Shown: positions 21,450 to 32,872, counted from the first letter of the stretch. The stretch: 64,000 bases of DNA from Diplonema japonicum (GCA_964019335.1 OZ025671.1:496001-560000); one strand, 5' to 3'. Numbers and translations are program-made. Notes: generated by a model not told the origin, from the letters alone.

Positions 21450-22565
21450 CTAAGTCTCAACACCACCACCCTCTTGCTCATCGCTGGGCATGCTAGAAAT
21501 AGAGGAAGCGTCACTACTCGAAGAACACAAATGGGGTTCTTGTGGTGAGGCACCCGTTTTCACAACACGATGCTCGTAGTTCCCCGCAAACACTTCGAAA
21601 TAATATTGGGCCCCGTTCCAAACCGACCATCCCAGTACCACAAGACTGTAACCGGCATGAAGATACTCGTTTTGGTAAAGTGACAAAGCTACAAGCATGC
21701 TGAAGAGGGTGAAGATTAATTGTGAAAGAACCATGACCATCTTGGTCTTGAGGGACTCAGCCTCGAATGGCTCGGTGGGTGTGAAGACACCAATGGCGAC
21801 AAGGAAGCGTCTCACTAACATGACGGAGGGGATGTTGTGCCCCTTTTCGGCCAGCCAACGCAGGGAAAAAGACAGGTTTTTATCAGCAACGAATCTTTTT
21901 CTGTTTCGAACCTCCGTTTCGAACAGATACAGCGTTTGCCAACCAAGGTAGATACAGCACGCCATGAAAAAGGTACCCGCGTCGATTCTTTCGAGACCCT
22001 TCCCTACAAACCATTTATCGCAGTAGCTGAGACACAGTGGAAGGGCGTGGATGTACACACTTGTTACTTTATCGAGAGAATGAAACACCAGACTATTTCT
22101 CCACGCGATTATCGCCAAGGCCAACGGGCCGTTTGCGAACAGAAAGTTAATCGTGAAAAGCGTTTTGCTTGGGAACACCGATTCAAACAGATGCGTAGCC
22201 TGCACGAAATAACAGAAATCGAGCATGAAATACTGCATTTTTTCCTGTTTGTACATGAAGTACCTTGTTACTAGAAGGGGTGTGATCACAGTGGCGTAGT
22301 AGGCCCAGAACCACTGTGGGAACTTCAGCATGGCGAACTGTGTGATGACGATCCCGAAGACGCCGTTGCAGAAGGCGATGCGGTCGATCATTCGTATCAC
22401 CTTTGGTTTTTGCAGCTCTGCTTTTACCTTGTTGACGTTGGTCCGCATTTTTTCTTGCGTGGCGACGCGGATGCCTTTGTTCTCGTCGCCTGTGATCCTT
22501 CGTCTCACCTTGCCCTTTAGTGTTTTGAGCCCTGAGAGGTTTTCCCTGCTCTGACGTTCCTCCAT
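21450..22565 (-). CDS. GPC1: Glycerophosphocholine acyltransferase (GPC1/DUF2838 family)
   Basis: YFMLDFCYF and NGPLALAIIAWRNSLVFHSLDKVTSVYIH family signatures; multi-pass membrane protein. Confidence 0.85.
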   Translation of the reverse strand: MEERQSRENLSGLKTLKGKVRRRITGDENKGIRVATQEKMRTNVNKVKAELQKPKVIRMIDRIAFCNGVFGIVITQFAMLKFPQWFWAYYATVITPLLVTRYFMYKQEKMQYFMLDFCYFVQATHLFESVFPSKTLFTINFLFANGPLALAIIAWRNSLVFHSLDKVTSVYIHALPLCLSYCDKWFVGKGLERIDAGTFFMACCIYLGWQTLYLFETEVRNRKRFVADKNLSFSLRWLAEKGHNIPSVMLVRRFLVAIGVFTPTEPFEAESLKTKMVMVLSQLIFTLFSMLVALSLYQNEYLHAGYSLVVLGWSVWNGAQYYFEVFAGNYEHRVVKTGASPQEPHLCSSSSDASSISSMPSDEQEGGGVET

Positions 22566-23138
22566 TTTTTTTTTTTTTTTTTTTTTTGCTCGAACACTAT
22601 TTGGTGATTTTTTTTTTTCCGTCTATGCTGAAAAAGATAAGAATAATAATAAAAAAAAAAACCAGAAAAAAAAATTTTTTCCCGGGTTTACGTTCGGTTC
22701 TTTCGGGGGCATAAGAATATTTTTAACAGCGGGGAAAAAAAAAAAGAGAAGGGGTGGAGGGGGAGGGGGAGGGGTGTGTGTTGACAAACTATTTTTTTTT
22801 TGTTGACAAAAGCCGTGTCACGTTTGCAAACCCAAAAGAATTATTTTCTTTACCCTTCGCCCCCCCCCCCCCCCCCCCCCATAACTTTCTTTTTTCCCCC
22901 TGCATTATTTTTTTATTTCTGCCCTATTTCATATTATTCAAAAAAAAAAATAAAAAAAAAGGGAGGGATACAAAAAAAAAGGATGAAGAGAGGAACATCA
23001 AAAACATTTTACCGCGAAAAAAATATAAAAAGGCAATGGTTAAGGGCAAACCCCTTAGAAAAAAAAAGAAGAAAAAAAAAAAAAAAAAAAAGCACACAAG
23101 AAAAAGGAAAACGTTGGTTGAAAAAGTTTTTTTTGTTT

Positions 23139-24554
23139 CTATTTCCAGGGCGGGATCACACCCGAGCACCTGGAGCTACCCGGAAGCAGCTTCTTGCAGA
23201 GTGCCTGTGCAAGTTGTGTAGGAGTGGCCTGTCCTGCCTGAGCGGGCTTGTACATCTCCCAGAAGAAGCCACCCACATGAGAGGACTGGGTCTGCGAGAT
23301 AATGTTGTTCATCATCTGAGTGGTGAGGGGGAGCTGGTGGGTAGGGTCATGCGTGGGGTCCGGGTAAGCAGGGGTCCCAATCTCGTAACCGACAGCAGCA
23401 GAGATGGTGGCCTGCTGGTAAGTGTTCATGTAGAAGGCAACCTGCTGGTCCAGCTGGCACACCCCAGGCTGCGGGCACTCGTGGTACTGCTCGTTCGAGC
23501 TCAGGTCGTAGGTCATCACGTTCACACCACCAGAGTTGGCACCGCCAGCCATGAAGCTCATGAGGTCTGGGTATGCTTGGTTCACCTTGAGCCACACGCC
23601 CTTCAGGTTGCCCCCCCACCAGTTGCCACCCCACGCCCCCACCGCTCCTGCTGCCGTCGACAGCTTCATCTTCGGTGCCACCATGCGGATCGTCGCCTCC
23701 ACGTTCTTCAGGATTGCCGCGTACTTGTAGACTGTCTGCTGCAGGTCCCACGGCCCTGTCCCTGTCTTGAAGGTGTCGGCGTGCCACATCTCCTCGTAGT
23801 CGACGTCCACCCCTGCGCACCCCAGGTCCTTCGCCAGGTGCACGATGTCCTCGTAAGGGTTCCTCCCTGCCGCCAGGTACGCCGTCATACCCGGGACAAG
23901 TGTTGCGATCCCTGTCTTGGGGTCCGTCCACTGCTGCCCGGGGATCATGTTCTCGTTCCACTGGGGTGCCACGCCGTTCGCACCCGAGGTGACGTACTCC
24001 TTGGCAGCCTTCCACGACGCCGAGTGCGCGGGCTCAGGGAAGATGGAGAAGGACTTGTCGAGAGAGGTGTGCTGCGAGGGAGGCTCGCACACGTAGCAGT
24101 ACTGGTTGCCCTTCGTGCAGCCGCTCACGCTGCCCCCTCCGAACTCCTGGATCTTCCAGTAGTTCGGGGTGCTTGTCCCGTAGCCTCCGACCGAGTAGCG
24201 CATGTACAGGTACGGGTAGCAGTTGTAGTTCCACCCCCCCATCGACAGGAAGGTCTCCACTCCGCCCGCCTCCAGCTGCTTAACGTACTGCTGCACCTCC
24301 GCGAACCCGCCGTCCGCCGCCGCCGTAAGGTTCAACCCCGTCCCGACAAGGGTGTGCGACCCGTTCACGTACAGCATCGTCGGCGACACGAACGACAGCC
24401 ACATCCTGTTCACAGGGAGGGTCGACGCCTTGCTCGCAAGCACCTTCAGCTGCTGCACGTCCTGCACAAGGAGGTACCCGCCCACGTAGTTGTCAGCCCC
24501 TTCCGTGGGGACGGCCAGCATGGCTGCTGCCAAGGCACAGAAGAGTCTAGTCAT
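23139..24554 (-). CDS. Secreted glycoside hydrolase family 18 (chitinase-like)
   Basis: Signal peptide, LSMGGW, catalytic GVDVDYE (DxDxE), VNVMTYD, GGFFWE. Confidence 0.85.
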   Translation of the reverse strand: MTRLFCALAAAMLAVPTEGADNYVGGYLLVQDVQQLKVLASKASTLPVNRMWLSFVSPTMLYVNGSHTLVGTGLNLTAAADGGFAEVQQYVKQLEAGGVETFLSMGGWNYNCYPYLYMRYSVGGYGTSTPNYWKIQEFGGGSVSGCTKGNQYCYVCEPPSQHTSLDKSFSIFPEPAHSASWKAAKEYVTSGANGVAPQWNENMIPGQQWTDPKTGIATLVPGMTAYLAAGRNPYEDIVHLAKDLGCAGVDVDYEEMWHADTFKTGTGPWDLQQTVYKYAAILKNVEATIRMVAPKMKLSTAAGAVGAWGGNWWGGNLKGVWLKVNQAYPDLMSFMAGGANSGGVNVMTYDLSSNEQYHECPQPGVCQLDQQVAFYMNTYQQATISAAVGYEIGTPAYPDPTHDPTHQLPLTTQMMNNIISQTQSSHVGGFFWEMYKPAQAGQATPTQLAQALCKKLLPGSSRCSGVIPPWK

Positions 24555-25864
24555 TGTGTTATGTTCCTACGTTGTGGGTGACAGGAATGGAAAGAGGGAA
24601 ACAAAGAAGAAAGAGGAGTCGTTTTAAAAAAACAGTGCTGCTCGCAGTGGGCCTTCGGCAATTCCTTTTTTTTTTATATATACCATCTTTCACTTTTCTA
24701 GTGACTAGGGACAACATTTAATTATAATTCAATAAAGTTTCAGTGTGCAGGGGGGGGGGGGGGGGGGGGGGGGGGTGCTCACTGTTTTTTAAATAAAAGG
24801 ACCAGGGGGCTGCAAGCGGGGAGAGAAAAGGAAGAGCTTTGACTGAAGAAAAAAAAAAGAGAGAGAGAGAGGTCAGTCCACGGTACTTTCCCAAACAAGT
24901 GGGAAAATAAGACAGGGAAGGAGAAACAAAAGGAATAACAAAGCCAAGGCCACACCTCAACATATCACTTTTGTTAGGGTAATTTTCTTTAGCAGAATGA
25001 GAGGAAATGAAGGGGGGTAACGACGCCTAAGCCCAGCAGTTCTAACTGCATGTTTCTTGTGGGGGAGGGGGTTTCCCCTCAACAAAAAGAGATGGTCCCA
25101 TAATGCTGGATGTCCGTGATTTGTTATTTTTTTTTCATGTTTTATTTATTTCTTTTACAACAAGGTTTTTTTCCAAAAAAAAAAAGGGCTTTTTTCTTTT
25201 TTTTGCATACTCTATCTTTTTGTCTTCTCTCCCTTCCCCCAACCTGGTTGGCTGCCTCGAACAGGCGCAGGCTGAGCAATGGACTGCATCGCGCTTGAGA
25301 CGCGTAAAAAAGGAAAAAAAAAAAGAGAAAAAAGAAGGAGACATGTAAGGGATATTTGTTCATCTTACTATACTCTTTACCCAGAGCACATAAGAAGGGG
25401 AAAAAAAAAAGAAATAAGGGGAGAAAAAAAAAAGAGAAAAGGTGGGGGTGAGAACGAGGACAGGGTTGGGGACACTGAAGCAGCCGCGTAACTGCTGGCG
25501 TACTTCAGATTTGTTTCTTTTTTTTTTCTTTCCCCTTCCCGGCTCCTTCCTCTTTTTTTCACGATGAAGATTCAAATAGTTTTCGTTTCAAACAAAAAAA
25601 AAAAATATAAAAGTGAAAATCTATAGCTTGAGGTTCGATCCCCCCTCCTCTCTCTTTTTTCCCAACGAAAAGATAGAAAGAAAAGAAAACATCGGTCGAG
25701 ATATTAGATTTTTTTTTTTTTTTAAACAGAAAGGGGAGAATAGGGGAGGTTGCTACATTTCCCTAACCCGCGGTGAAAAAAAGAAAATGCTGGAAATAGG
25801 TAAAATGGTTTTTTTTTTTTTTTTTTCTCTTTTTTTTTTTCTTTTTTTTTTTTCCCCTTCAAAA

Positions 25865-27232
25865 TCATGCAACCTTAGTGATGGTCTTCTCAGCGACCAA
25901 GAAGAAATACACGAAAAACGGGAGACTAGCAACGTAAGCAAAGCTGAGGGCAGGGCATTCATAGTAGAAACAAACCGCGAAAAACACTTGCCGAAGAGGC
26001 TCCAAAACGACAGCTGATCGCTTCTGATCGAACACCGTACCCAACACGAGTAAGGATGTGAGCACATGCATCACATGTAAAGGGGGAACTTCCTCACCAC
26101 AAGCGGCAATGACATTTGTAGAGCAGACAGCGAGAATAGTTTGAAAGAGCAGGTAACATCCGAACGGTTTTGTAACGTGAACCTCCATCCGCATCCTCTC
26201 GACCAAGGAAGTAGGGGGCAGTTTTCTCATTGCAGTCGCCGCGTTCCATCCGGGCCCTCGGAGGGTGAACAAACCTTTTTCCCACAGCTTAACCCAACCA
26301 TTCGTCTGCGTAACACACTCCGTCCAGCTCCTCGGCCAATCGACGATTCCATAGAAGCAAACCTCGTCCTGCAATTCCACGACTTTTTTCGAATCTTCTT
26401 GAACACCGATCAACCCGCTTTCGTACCCTTCGTCAACGAATGTCCCGAACAGCCTGTCGTAAAGAATAAATACACCCGCAAAATTTTTATGCAGTCGTCG
26501 GTCATGGTGGATACGATGGTGTGATGGGGTTACAAATATGTACTCCAAAAAACCCAATCTTCTGATCAAGCAAGTGTGCACCCAGAACTGGTACAACGTG
26601 TTCACTTGAGACACCAATACAAAGGTGTGCGGGTGGACCCCGACAAGCAGCAACGGCAGATGCCACATCCATATTGTCAAATCCTGCCAAATACTCTGCC
26701 TCAACGCCGTTGATAAATTGTAATTATCAGACGAATGATGCACACCATGACCAGGCCACAGGAACGAATACACATGGGAATGACGGTGCCCCCAATAATA
26801 CACAAAATCATAAGCAAGGAAAGCAATCCAAAATGAGGACCATTCCGCGGGCGGGAGGTGCAGTGGGTACCCGTTTTCATGCAACTTTCCGTGTAGAATC
26901 TGAAACGGGACGAGCCTGATCACGTGCGTGCACAGGATTTTACCCAAAACCTGTTGGGTCATTCCTGCAGAAACACTGCTCCAAGCGTCGGCTAGGTTGT
27001 ACCTCCCTGTGTTATGTTTGAAGTTAGTTACCTCAGTAAGTATGAACTCGACGATAATTAGTACCGTGAACATAGGGAAAGCACCTACGATTAGCTGTAA
27101 ATTACCGGTTTCGGCGTCTCTTGGGTACATGTTCTCTGCCACCCACCAGCAGAAGATAGCCCCTGCGATCACCACTGAAAGGAGTACATTCCCCGCCCAT
27201 GGTACTTCGTTCACGAATTTTATATTCGTCAT
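25865..27232 (-). CDS. Fatty-acid hydroxylase superfamily, alkylglycerol monooxygenase-like
   Basis: His boxes YYWGHRHSH, HGVHHSS, QFWVHT and SHHRIHH; YNLSTALRQS; DRLFGTF. Confidence 0.85.
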   Translation of the reverse strand: MTNIKFVNEVPWAGNVLLSVVIAGAIFCWWVAENMYPRDAETGNLQLIVGAFPMFTVLIIVEFILTEVTNFKHNTGRYNLADAWSSVSAGMTQQVLGKILCTHVIRLVPFQILHGKLHENGYPLHLPPAEWSSFWIAFLAYDFVYYWGHRHSHVYSFLWPGHGVHHSSDNYNLSTALRQSIWQDLTIWMWHLPLLLVGVHPHTFVLVSQVNTLYQFWVHTCLIRRLGFLEYIFVTPSHHRIHHDRRLHKNFAGVFILYDRLFGTFVDEGYESGLIGVQEDSKKVVELQDEVCFYGIVDWPRSWTECVTQTNGWVKLWEKGLFTLRGPGWNAATAMRKLPPTSLVERMRMEVHVTKPFGCYLLFQTILAVCSTNVIAACGEEVPPLHVMHVLTSLLVLGTVFDQKRSAVVLEPLRQVFFAVCFYYECPALSFAYVASLPFFVYFFLVAEKTITKVA

Positions 27233-27419
27233 TTTTGTTTGTTGTTTTGGCCTCCCCCCCCTCCACCTCTTGTGGATGAGAATTTTTATTTTATTTTATT
27301 TTTTTCAAAAAAAAGAGATGTGAAAATAGACAAGGAAAGAAGTATAGTATAGAAGCTGGACATGAAGCCAATATAAAGAAGGGGAGGGGGAGAAATACCG
27401 CCAGACGCAAATATTTTAA

Positions 27420-29075
27420 CCCATAAAGGACCGCTATTTTTCGTCTAAAAAGTCGATTTTGAACTTTTCGTTCAAATACCAAAATAAAATGGCGAGGGTG
27501 GAGTTAGAGCGTGTGTACCTATATTATTTTCACTACCCCATTTCTGGAGCGCGAAGCGGCCTGCATTTCAGCCCCCAGACGCGCCCAAACTTTGGTGGTA
27601 GAGCAGCATTTGAGAGAAACAACTCTTGCAAAGGGCACATGCTATCCGGAGGTTCCATGGTTTCGGCAAGCAGCGCTTATTCAGCGTGCAGGGTGGGCTG
27701 GTTATTTTTTTTTTCACCACTTATGGCTGTTCTTTGAACACAAGGTCCGAGGTGCCGCAGATATGCGACTTGTCCAATTTAAACGTATTTCTATTTTCAA
27801 GTGGTTTTCAAGAGGTTTTCAGGTGGTTTTTTAAGGTGTCGTTAATGTGAAAAAATTCGAAACAGGGCACAGGGCACAGGGCACAGGGCACATTGCTACG
27901 TTGCAATCTCTGCACGAGAACATGGCCTGGGTGCGTTTTTTCTCTAATTTGTTGCACACAGTGCAATTCCGTGCCTTTTGCATCTTTTCAGGACACATTA
28001 AAGGTGCACCCTTGGCACGTGAAGGTGCACCCTGAGGGGTAGGTTGTTAGGCTCCGGCGGGGAACACTTGATGTAGGTGCCACCCTTTTGCGATGATGTT
28101 GTTTGACAAGATTTCTTTGCCACACACTTGCTGACACTGAATGGGTATTCTGGGAGCAATTTCCGGGTTTTCCTGATGGTCCCCATGCAGTGGAAATCCG
28201 CATTGTAAATCCGTATCAACAATGGGACAAGCGAAAGCAGTTGTCAAAGACAATCCAGTAATTCTGGTGCTGATATTCGGTGAGCAGCTCTGCCTCTTTC
28301 CCCCGGGTGCCCGCGCCGGTACAAACAATCATGTTTAGAGTGTAACCGGTGTCTGATTTGCATTTTGAACCCATAACGCTTCCTCTTCTTCGGCTCATAA
28401 ACAATGAACCCGACACGGCTTCTACAGCGTATGATGGTTCATCCACAGCAAGGTTTCGCTTGGGTACATACAGGGATGACCAAGAAGGAACCACAAGATT
28501 TATAAGATTGCGCCCGTTAGCCATTCTGTCTCCTTCTCCTCCACCAGGGGGCAACCCAACCGCATTTGGCGCATTATTCTTAGCAGCCTGTTTCTTTCCA
28601 TTACCGTTCTGAAATATTGTGAATATGGGGTATCTGTGAGTTCATCCTGTGCCCAGTAGACCTTGATATCTGTCTTGATTATGAGCCCTGTAAGTATCCA
28701 AAGGCCTCTATACCACTCGAATGGCTTGCTGCCCACCCCACGATAGCCTTTTAGAGCCGCAGGAGTGAAAAACAACAAAGTACAGGACAAACCTGCAACC
28801 CCCCGCTGGAGGGGCGCCCTATCAAAAACAAAGGAAAAACCTCCAGCCCGTTGAGACCCACTACTGGTACACTTGGACCTGGTACCTTGCGAAATATTTT
28901 CCTCCCCACCTTCTCGATTTTGTCATCCCATTCCATATCCGGGATATCCCCATCATCCGGTGGCACTGACCCTTCTTCAGAAGTACTTTCGGCACAACTC
29001 CTTATGGGGTGTAAAAAAAACAATGTCTGTGCCACTATTTTTTTTCTCCTATATTCAGCTCCGGTCCTTTATGGG
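27420..29075 (-). mobile_element. Defective piggyBac element (1656 bp), 14-bp TIRs, TTAA target duplication
   Basis: TTAA|CCCATAAAGGACCG ... CGGTCCTTTATGGG|TTAA, with internal transposase fragments. Confidence 0.92.
28040..29010 (-). pseudogene. Frameshifted piggyBac transposase remnant
   Basis: Fragments in different frames: GLWILTGL..VYWAQD..FRTVMERNR, PKRNLAVDE, SDTGYTLNMIVCTG, IVFDNCF, GTIRKTRK. The third catalytic Asp region was not found. Confidence 0.8.
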
Positions 29076-29785
29076 TTAAGAAACAAAAAAAGTGGGAGTT
29101 TTCTCTTTTTTTTTTTTTTTTCTCTCTCCCCCCTTTTTTTTTCTCTCTCTCTTGTAAAGGGCGTCCCCTCTCACCCCCCTCCTTTTTTTTTTTAGACTGG
29201 TGTAGAGAACGACATGTTTTCATTTTTTTTCTTTTTTTTTTTTGTGCGCAGTCGTTATTGACTTGTAGAAAGGGATAAACACAACAATGCTGTCACCGCT
29301 CTTCTTTAGCAAATAACAATTCATTTTTTTTTTCCCCCAAAAAAAAGAAGATAAAAAAGAAGAAGAAAAACAAACAAACAAAAAAACTGTCCTGCACCTA
29401 TTCACACAGCCGGCGAACACTGTCCCTTCCGGGTGGGTCGTCACTCTGCTGTACTCGGGAAGAGAAATTAAAAAAAAAAAAAAAAAAAGCACCAGGAAAC
29501 ATGTTCGCCAGGGTTTAAAAATAATCAGGCGCCTTTAGCAGGATCCATGTTTGTCGGGCAAAATATGATCATTAAGAAAAACCTAATTTATACCAAGTTC
29601 TTAGGCAAGAATTTCGCAGGTCTCTGGTGTATACATAAACACATGAACACCTCCAATGCTCTTTATTTAACAAACTACGGGTGTTACAGAAGAAAAAAAA
29701 AAAAAAAAAAAAAGCATGGTAAGGAAGGGAAAGAAACAAAGAAAATTCACCATTGGTGGGGGAATGTTGGTAACCACCCACCAGG

Positions 29786-29830
<45 letters not shown>

Positions 29831-30248
29831 AAAGGAGGGACTCAAGTATAAAAGTGGAAAAAGAGTAACGAGCTCTGGGATAAACAGAAACTGCTATGAG
29901 TACATTTCACAGCCATGTTCCTTTTTAATTTTTTTCCCTCCCCCCCCTTTTTTTTTGGCTTGATCGCCAACACAAAACTGATCTAGTTTGTACGCGTGCG
30001 AGGGAGGGGGGGAGGGGGTAGAACCTGGAGAAGGTTACAAACCCTTATTTTTTTTTCTTTCTCTTTCGTTTCTTCATTTCACGTTTTGTTTCGAACAAGT
30101 CAACAACCGATTGATTCTTGCACGCAACTTTAAAAAAAAAAAGAGAATGCATTACACGTGCCTTAGGTCCAAGATTTTTTTTTTTTTGCTGTACTTTCCC
30201 CTCTTTAGAAAAAGAAAAAAAAAAAAAAAAAGGCAAACCACAAATTAA

Positions 30249-30280
<32 letters not shown>

Positions 30281-30371
30281 CTTGTGTTTCTTCGCTCGAG
30301 CAAAAATTAAAAAGAAGAATTCTCCCCCCCCCCCCCGCTCGGCACAAGTATACATTAAAAAAAAAAAAATC

Positions 30372-31418
30372 TCACTGCGTTGAATTGCTATTCCTCGACA
30401 CGATGCTTCCCCGAGAAGACTGTGAAGACGGGTTTCCCACCCTGTGGTTGATGACAGAAGACAAAGGTGAAGGGTAGCCCCTGCGTCGGATAGGGTCGCG
30501 GGGCTTCCATGACGAGAGTCGCTTCAAGGAGTCAGAAAAGAAGGAGTGCAGCAACGGCCAGCTACACGAAGCTGCCACCAGGTTAGCATGAGGCGGGCAC
30601 GGACTTTGTATGAAAACAGCGTCTTTACCTTTAGACTTCTTACACAGACCGTTGGTTGTTGCCATGTGAAGCGCAGGGTCAAAAACAGAAGCAAAAAAGT
30701 ATAAGAACTCAAGCAGACCATCACCTGCTGAACATGTTGGGGCATAGCACAGTCTGTTCCGCCTTGTAACGCACAGGATCATAGTGAGAAGCGCGTCATC
30801 GGTGAGCTGCCCGTGCAGGTGCACCTCGCGAAGCATTTGAGACACGACTTTAAATATTGTAATCGTGTTCTTCGACTTCCCCGCCAAGCACAGCAACGTT
30901 CTGAACCCTGCTGATTTTGTTTCGCTTCTCAAGGATGGTTTTAAAACGGTCACGTTCATCCATGGGACAGGGATGTCTCTCCTTCTCACGCAAAGGACGC
31001 CATGTGTTTTCTGTGTGGCGTCCAAGCCCCACTCGTCTTCAAGCACTCTTACAACAGCTTCACCCTTTACAGTGGTGACTATTTCTACCTTTCCTTCATT
31101 TGAGGTACTTGGAACCCCAATGTCCTCTATGGTCATGTCGTGGTCCAGTCTTAGGACAGTGTCCTCTACTGTTGCCCTCAGCTCTTGAACAATCTGTTCC
31201 GCCTCCTCCTGCTGGGTGAACCAGGCTTCGAAGGCCTCCACCTCTTGCTCCAGCACCGTTCTGCTCTTGTCGTGCCTCGTCCCGCGCAGCCACGGGACCC
31301 GTTCTCTTTCCGCCTGCGCCATTGCCGCGCCGGTGGATTTTCTCTGTTTCGATGTGTTGGGACCCCCCAAGCCATCACTCCCATGAAGGAGCCCGCCTAC
31401 TGTCATGATCTCATTCAT
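30372..31418 (-). CDS. Degenerate TRF4/TENT4-like nucleotidyltransferase-fold protein
   Basis: PWL...LEQEVEAFEAWF N-terminus and PAP-associated-like LLEFLYFFASVFDP...FIQSPCPPHANL. No GS-x-DxD motif visible. Confidence 0.55.
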   Translation of the reverse strand: MNEIMTVGGLLHGSDGLGGPNTSKQRKSTGAAMAQAERERVPWLRGTRHDKSRTVLEQEVEAFEAWFTQQEEAEQIVQELRATVEDTVLRLDHDMTIEDIGVPSTSNEGKVEIVTTVKGEAVVRVLEDEWGLDATQKTHGVLCVRRRDIPVPWMNVTVLKPSLRSETKSAGFRTLLCLAGKSKNTITIFKVVSQMLREVHLHGQLTDDALLTMILCVTRRNRLCYAPTCSAGDGLLEFLYFFASVFDPALHMATTNGLCKKSKGKDAVFIQSPCPPHANLVAASCSWPLLHSFFSDSLKRLSSWKPRDPIRRRGYPSPLSSVINHRVGNPSSQSSRGSIVSRNSNSTQ

Positions 31419-31580
31419 ATTTCAATTTTTTTTTTTTTTCAGTACATTTGTATTTTTTTTTTTGTTCTCTCTCCTGTATAAAGACGTTAGATAGGAAAAC
31501 GAAAAGAAAAAAGAGGGGCGGGGGGAAATGCATCGTAAAGAGAATGGAGAGGGGGGGGAATTTTTCTATCGTAAGAGTAG

Positions 31581-31940
31581 AATAATATAATATAATATAA
31601 TATAATAAAATAAAATAAAATAAAATAAAATAAAATAAAATAAAATAAAATAAAATAAAATAAAATAAAATAAAATAAAATAAAATAAAATAAAATAAAA
31701 TAAAATAAAATAAAATAAAATAAAATAAAATAAAATAAAATAAAATAAAATAAAATAAAATAAAATAAAATAAAATAAAATAAAATAAAATAAAATAAAA
31801 TAAAATATAATAAAATAAAATAAAATAAAATAAAATAAAATAAAATAAAATAAAATAAAATAAAATAAAATAAAATAAAATAAAACAAAACAAAATAAAA
31901 TAAAATAAAATAAAATAAAAATAAAATAAAATAAAATAAA
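31581..31940. repeat. (TAAAA)n pentanucleotide microsatellite, ~360 bp
   Basis: Near-perfect tandem TAAAA with TATAA and CAAAA variants. Confidence 0.97.
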
Positions 31941-31973
31941 AAAAGAACTCTCCTCTTTTTTTTTCAACCTTTT

Positions 31974-32564
31974 TCAACGCAGCAAACTAAGTAGCGCTTC
32001 ACCGTCTTCGCTGCTGTCATCCGATTCCGCACCCGAGACTGTGTCACATTCTATAGACCCTAGCACTGCAGGTGATAAAGGGCGGTAGGGGTTCAGGGAC
32101 TTCACCGGGTGGGGCAGGTTCCAAATCCGCATTTGGTGAAGTTCACTAAGACGCCGCATGCGCAGCTTGGAGTACTGTATAGGGGTGAGCTGCCGTTCCT
32201 TGGCAAGTTCGTCCTTGGAATCGTAATGCAGCCATGCTAAGGTTTCCTCGCAATACGGCTCAGAGCGGTTTAGGGATAGTGTTCTTTCCAGGCCGTGGAT
32301 GTCGGTGCTGTCCCAGGACACCAACTCCTTTCCCATGAGCCGGTCCGGGAGCTTTGCAATTCCACCTACCTCTCTCTTCTGAACGAACCCGTGGTGGTGT
32401 TTACCCATCTTTTTCGCCACCTTTTCCCACATTCGCATTCTGATCTCCCTTCTTCGAAAAGCGGTCTCAAGCCCGCACAGTGTTTCATTGATACTTCTAA
32501 ATATCCTTTGTGAGCCGCCATCGTACACAAATCGCTTGCTCTGTTTAGGCCTCGCAAGGTGCAT
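31974..32564 (-). CDS. Hypothetical protein, 196 aa
   Basis: Complex-sequence ORF in the polycistronic orientation; ATG follows a pyrimidine tract. Confidence 0.65.
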   Translation of the reverse strand: MHLARPKQSKRFVYDGGSQRIFRSINETLCGLETAFRRREIRMRMWEKVAKKMGKHHHGFVQKREVGGIAKLPDRLMGKELVSWDSTDIHGLERTLSLNRSEPYCEETLAWLHYDSKDELAKERQLTPIQYSKLRMRRLSELHQMRIWNLPHPVKSLNPYRPLSPAVLGSIECDTVSGAESDDSSEDGEALLSLLR

Positions 32565-32872
32565 TTCCTTGTGCTTGTTTTATATGTTTATACTTTTTTA
32601 CGGAATAGAATGAATAAGAAGAGGGGGTGGGTTCAACATACACGGGAGGGGGAAGTGGTGGCGGATGGGTTGATTCCATTTTTTTTTTCTTTTTTTTTTT
32701 CTTTCCATTGTTACTTCACAGAAAACTCACAAAAAAAAAACAAAAAAAAAGATTTTTTCTGAATGAAAAAAAAGAAGGGAATGTGCGGGCGGGGGGGGGG
32801 GGGGGGGGGGGTAAACAATGAGTGGGAGGGAACGGATTTCTTTTTTTTGTTTTGTTTTTTTGGTTTCTAATT

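Noticed and set aside
22800-24581. 593-aa plus-strand ORF
   Set aside because: Antisense shadow of the GC3-rich chitinase gene with a homopolymer-derived N-terminus.
29521-29575. Box C/D snoRNA-like ATGATCA...CTGA on the minus strand
   Set aside because: Box C lacks the essential second GA, the span is short and no target was recognised.
31411-31977. FILFY-repeat ORFs
   Set aside because: Translations of the TAAAA microsatellite.
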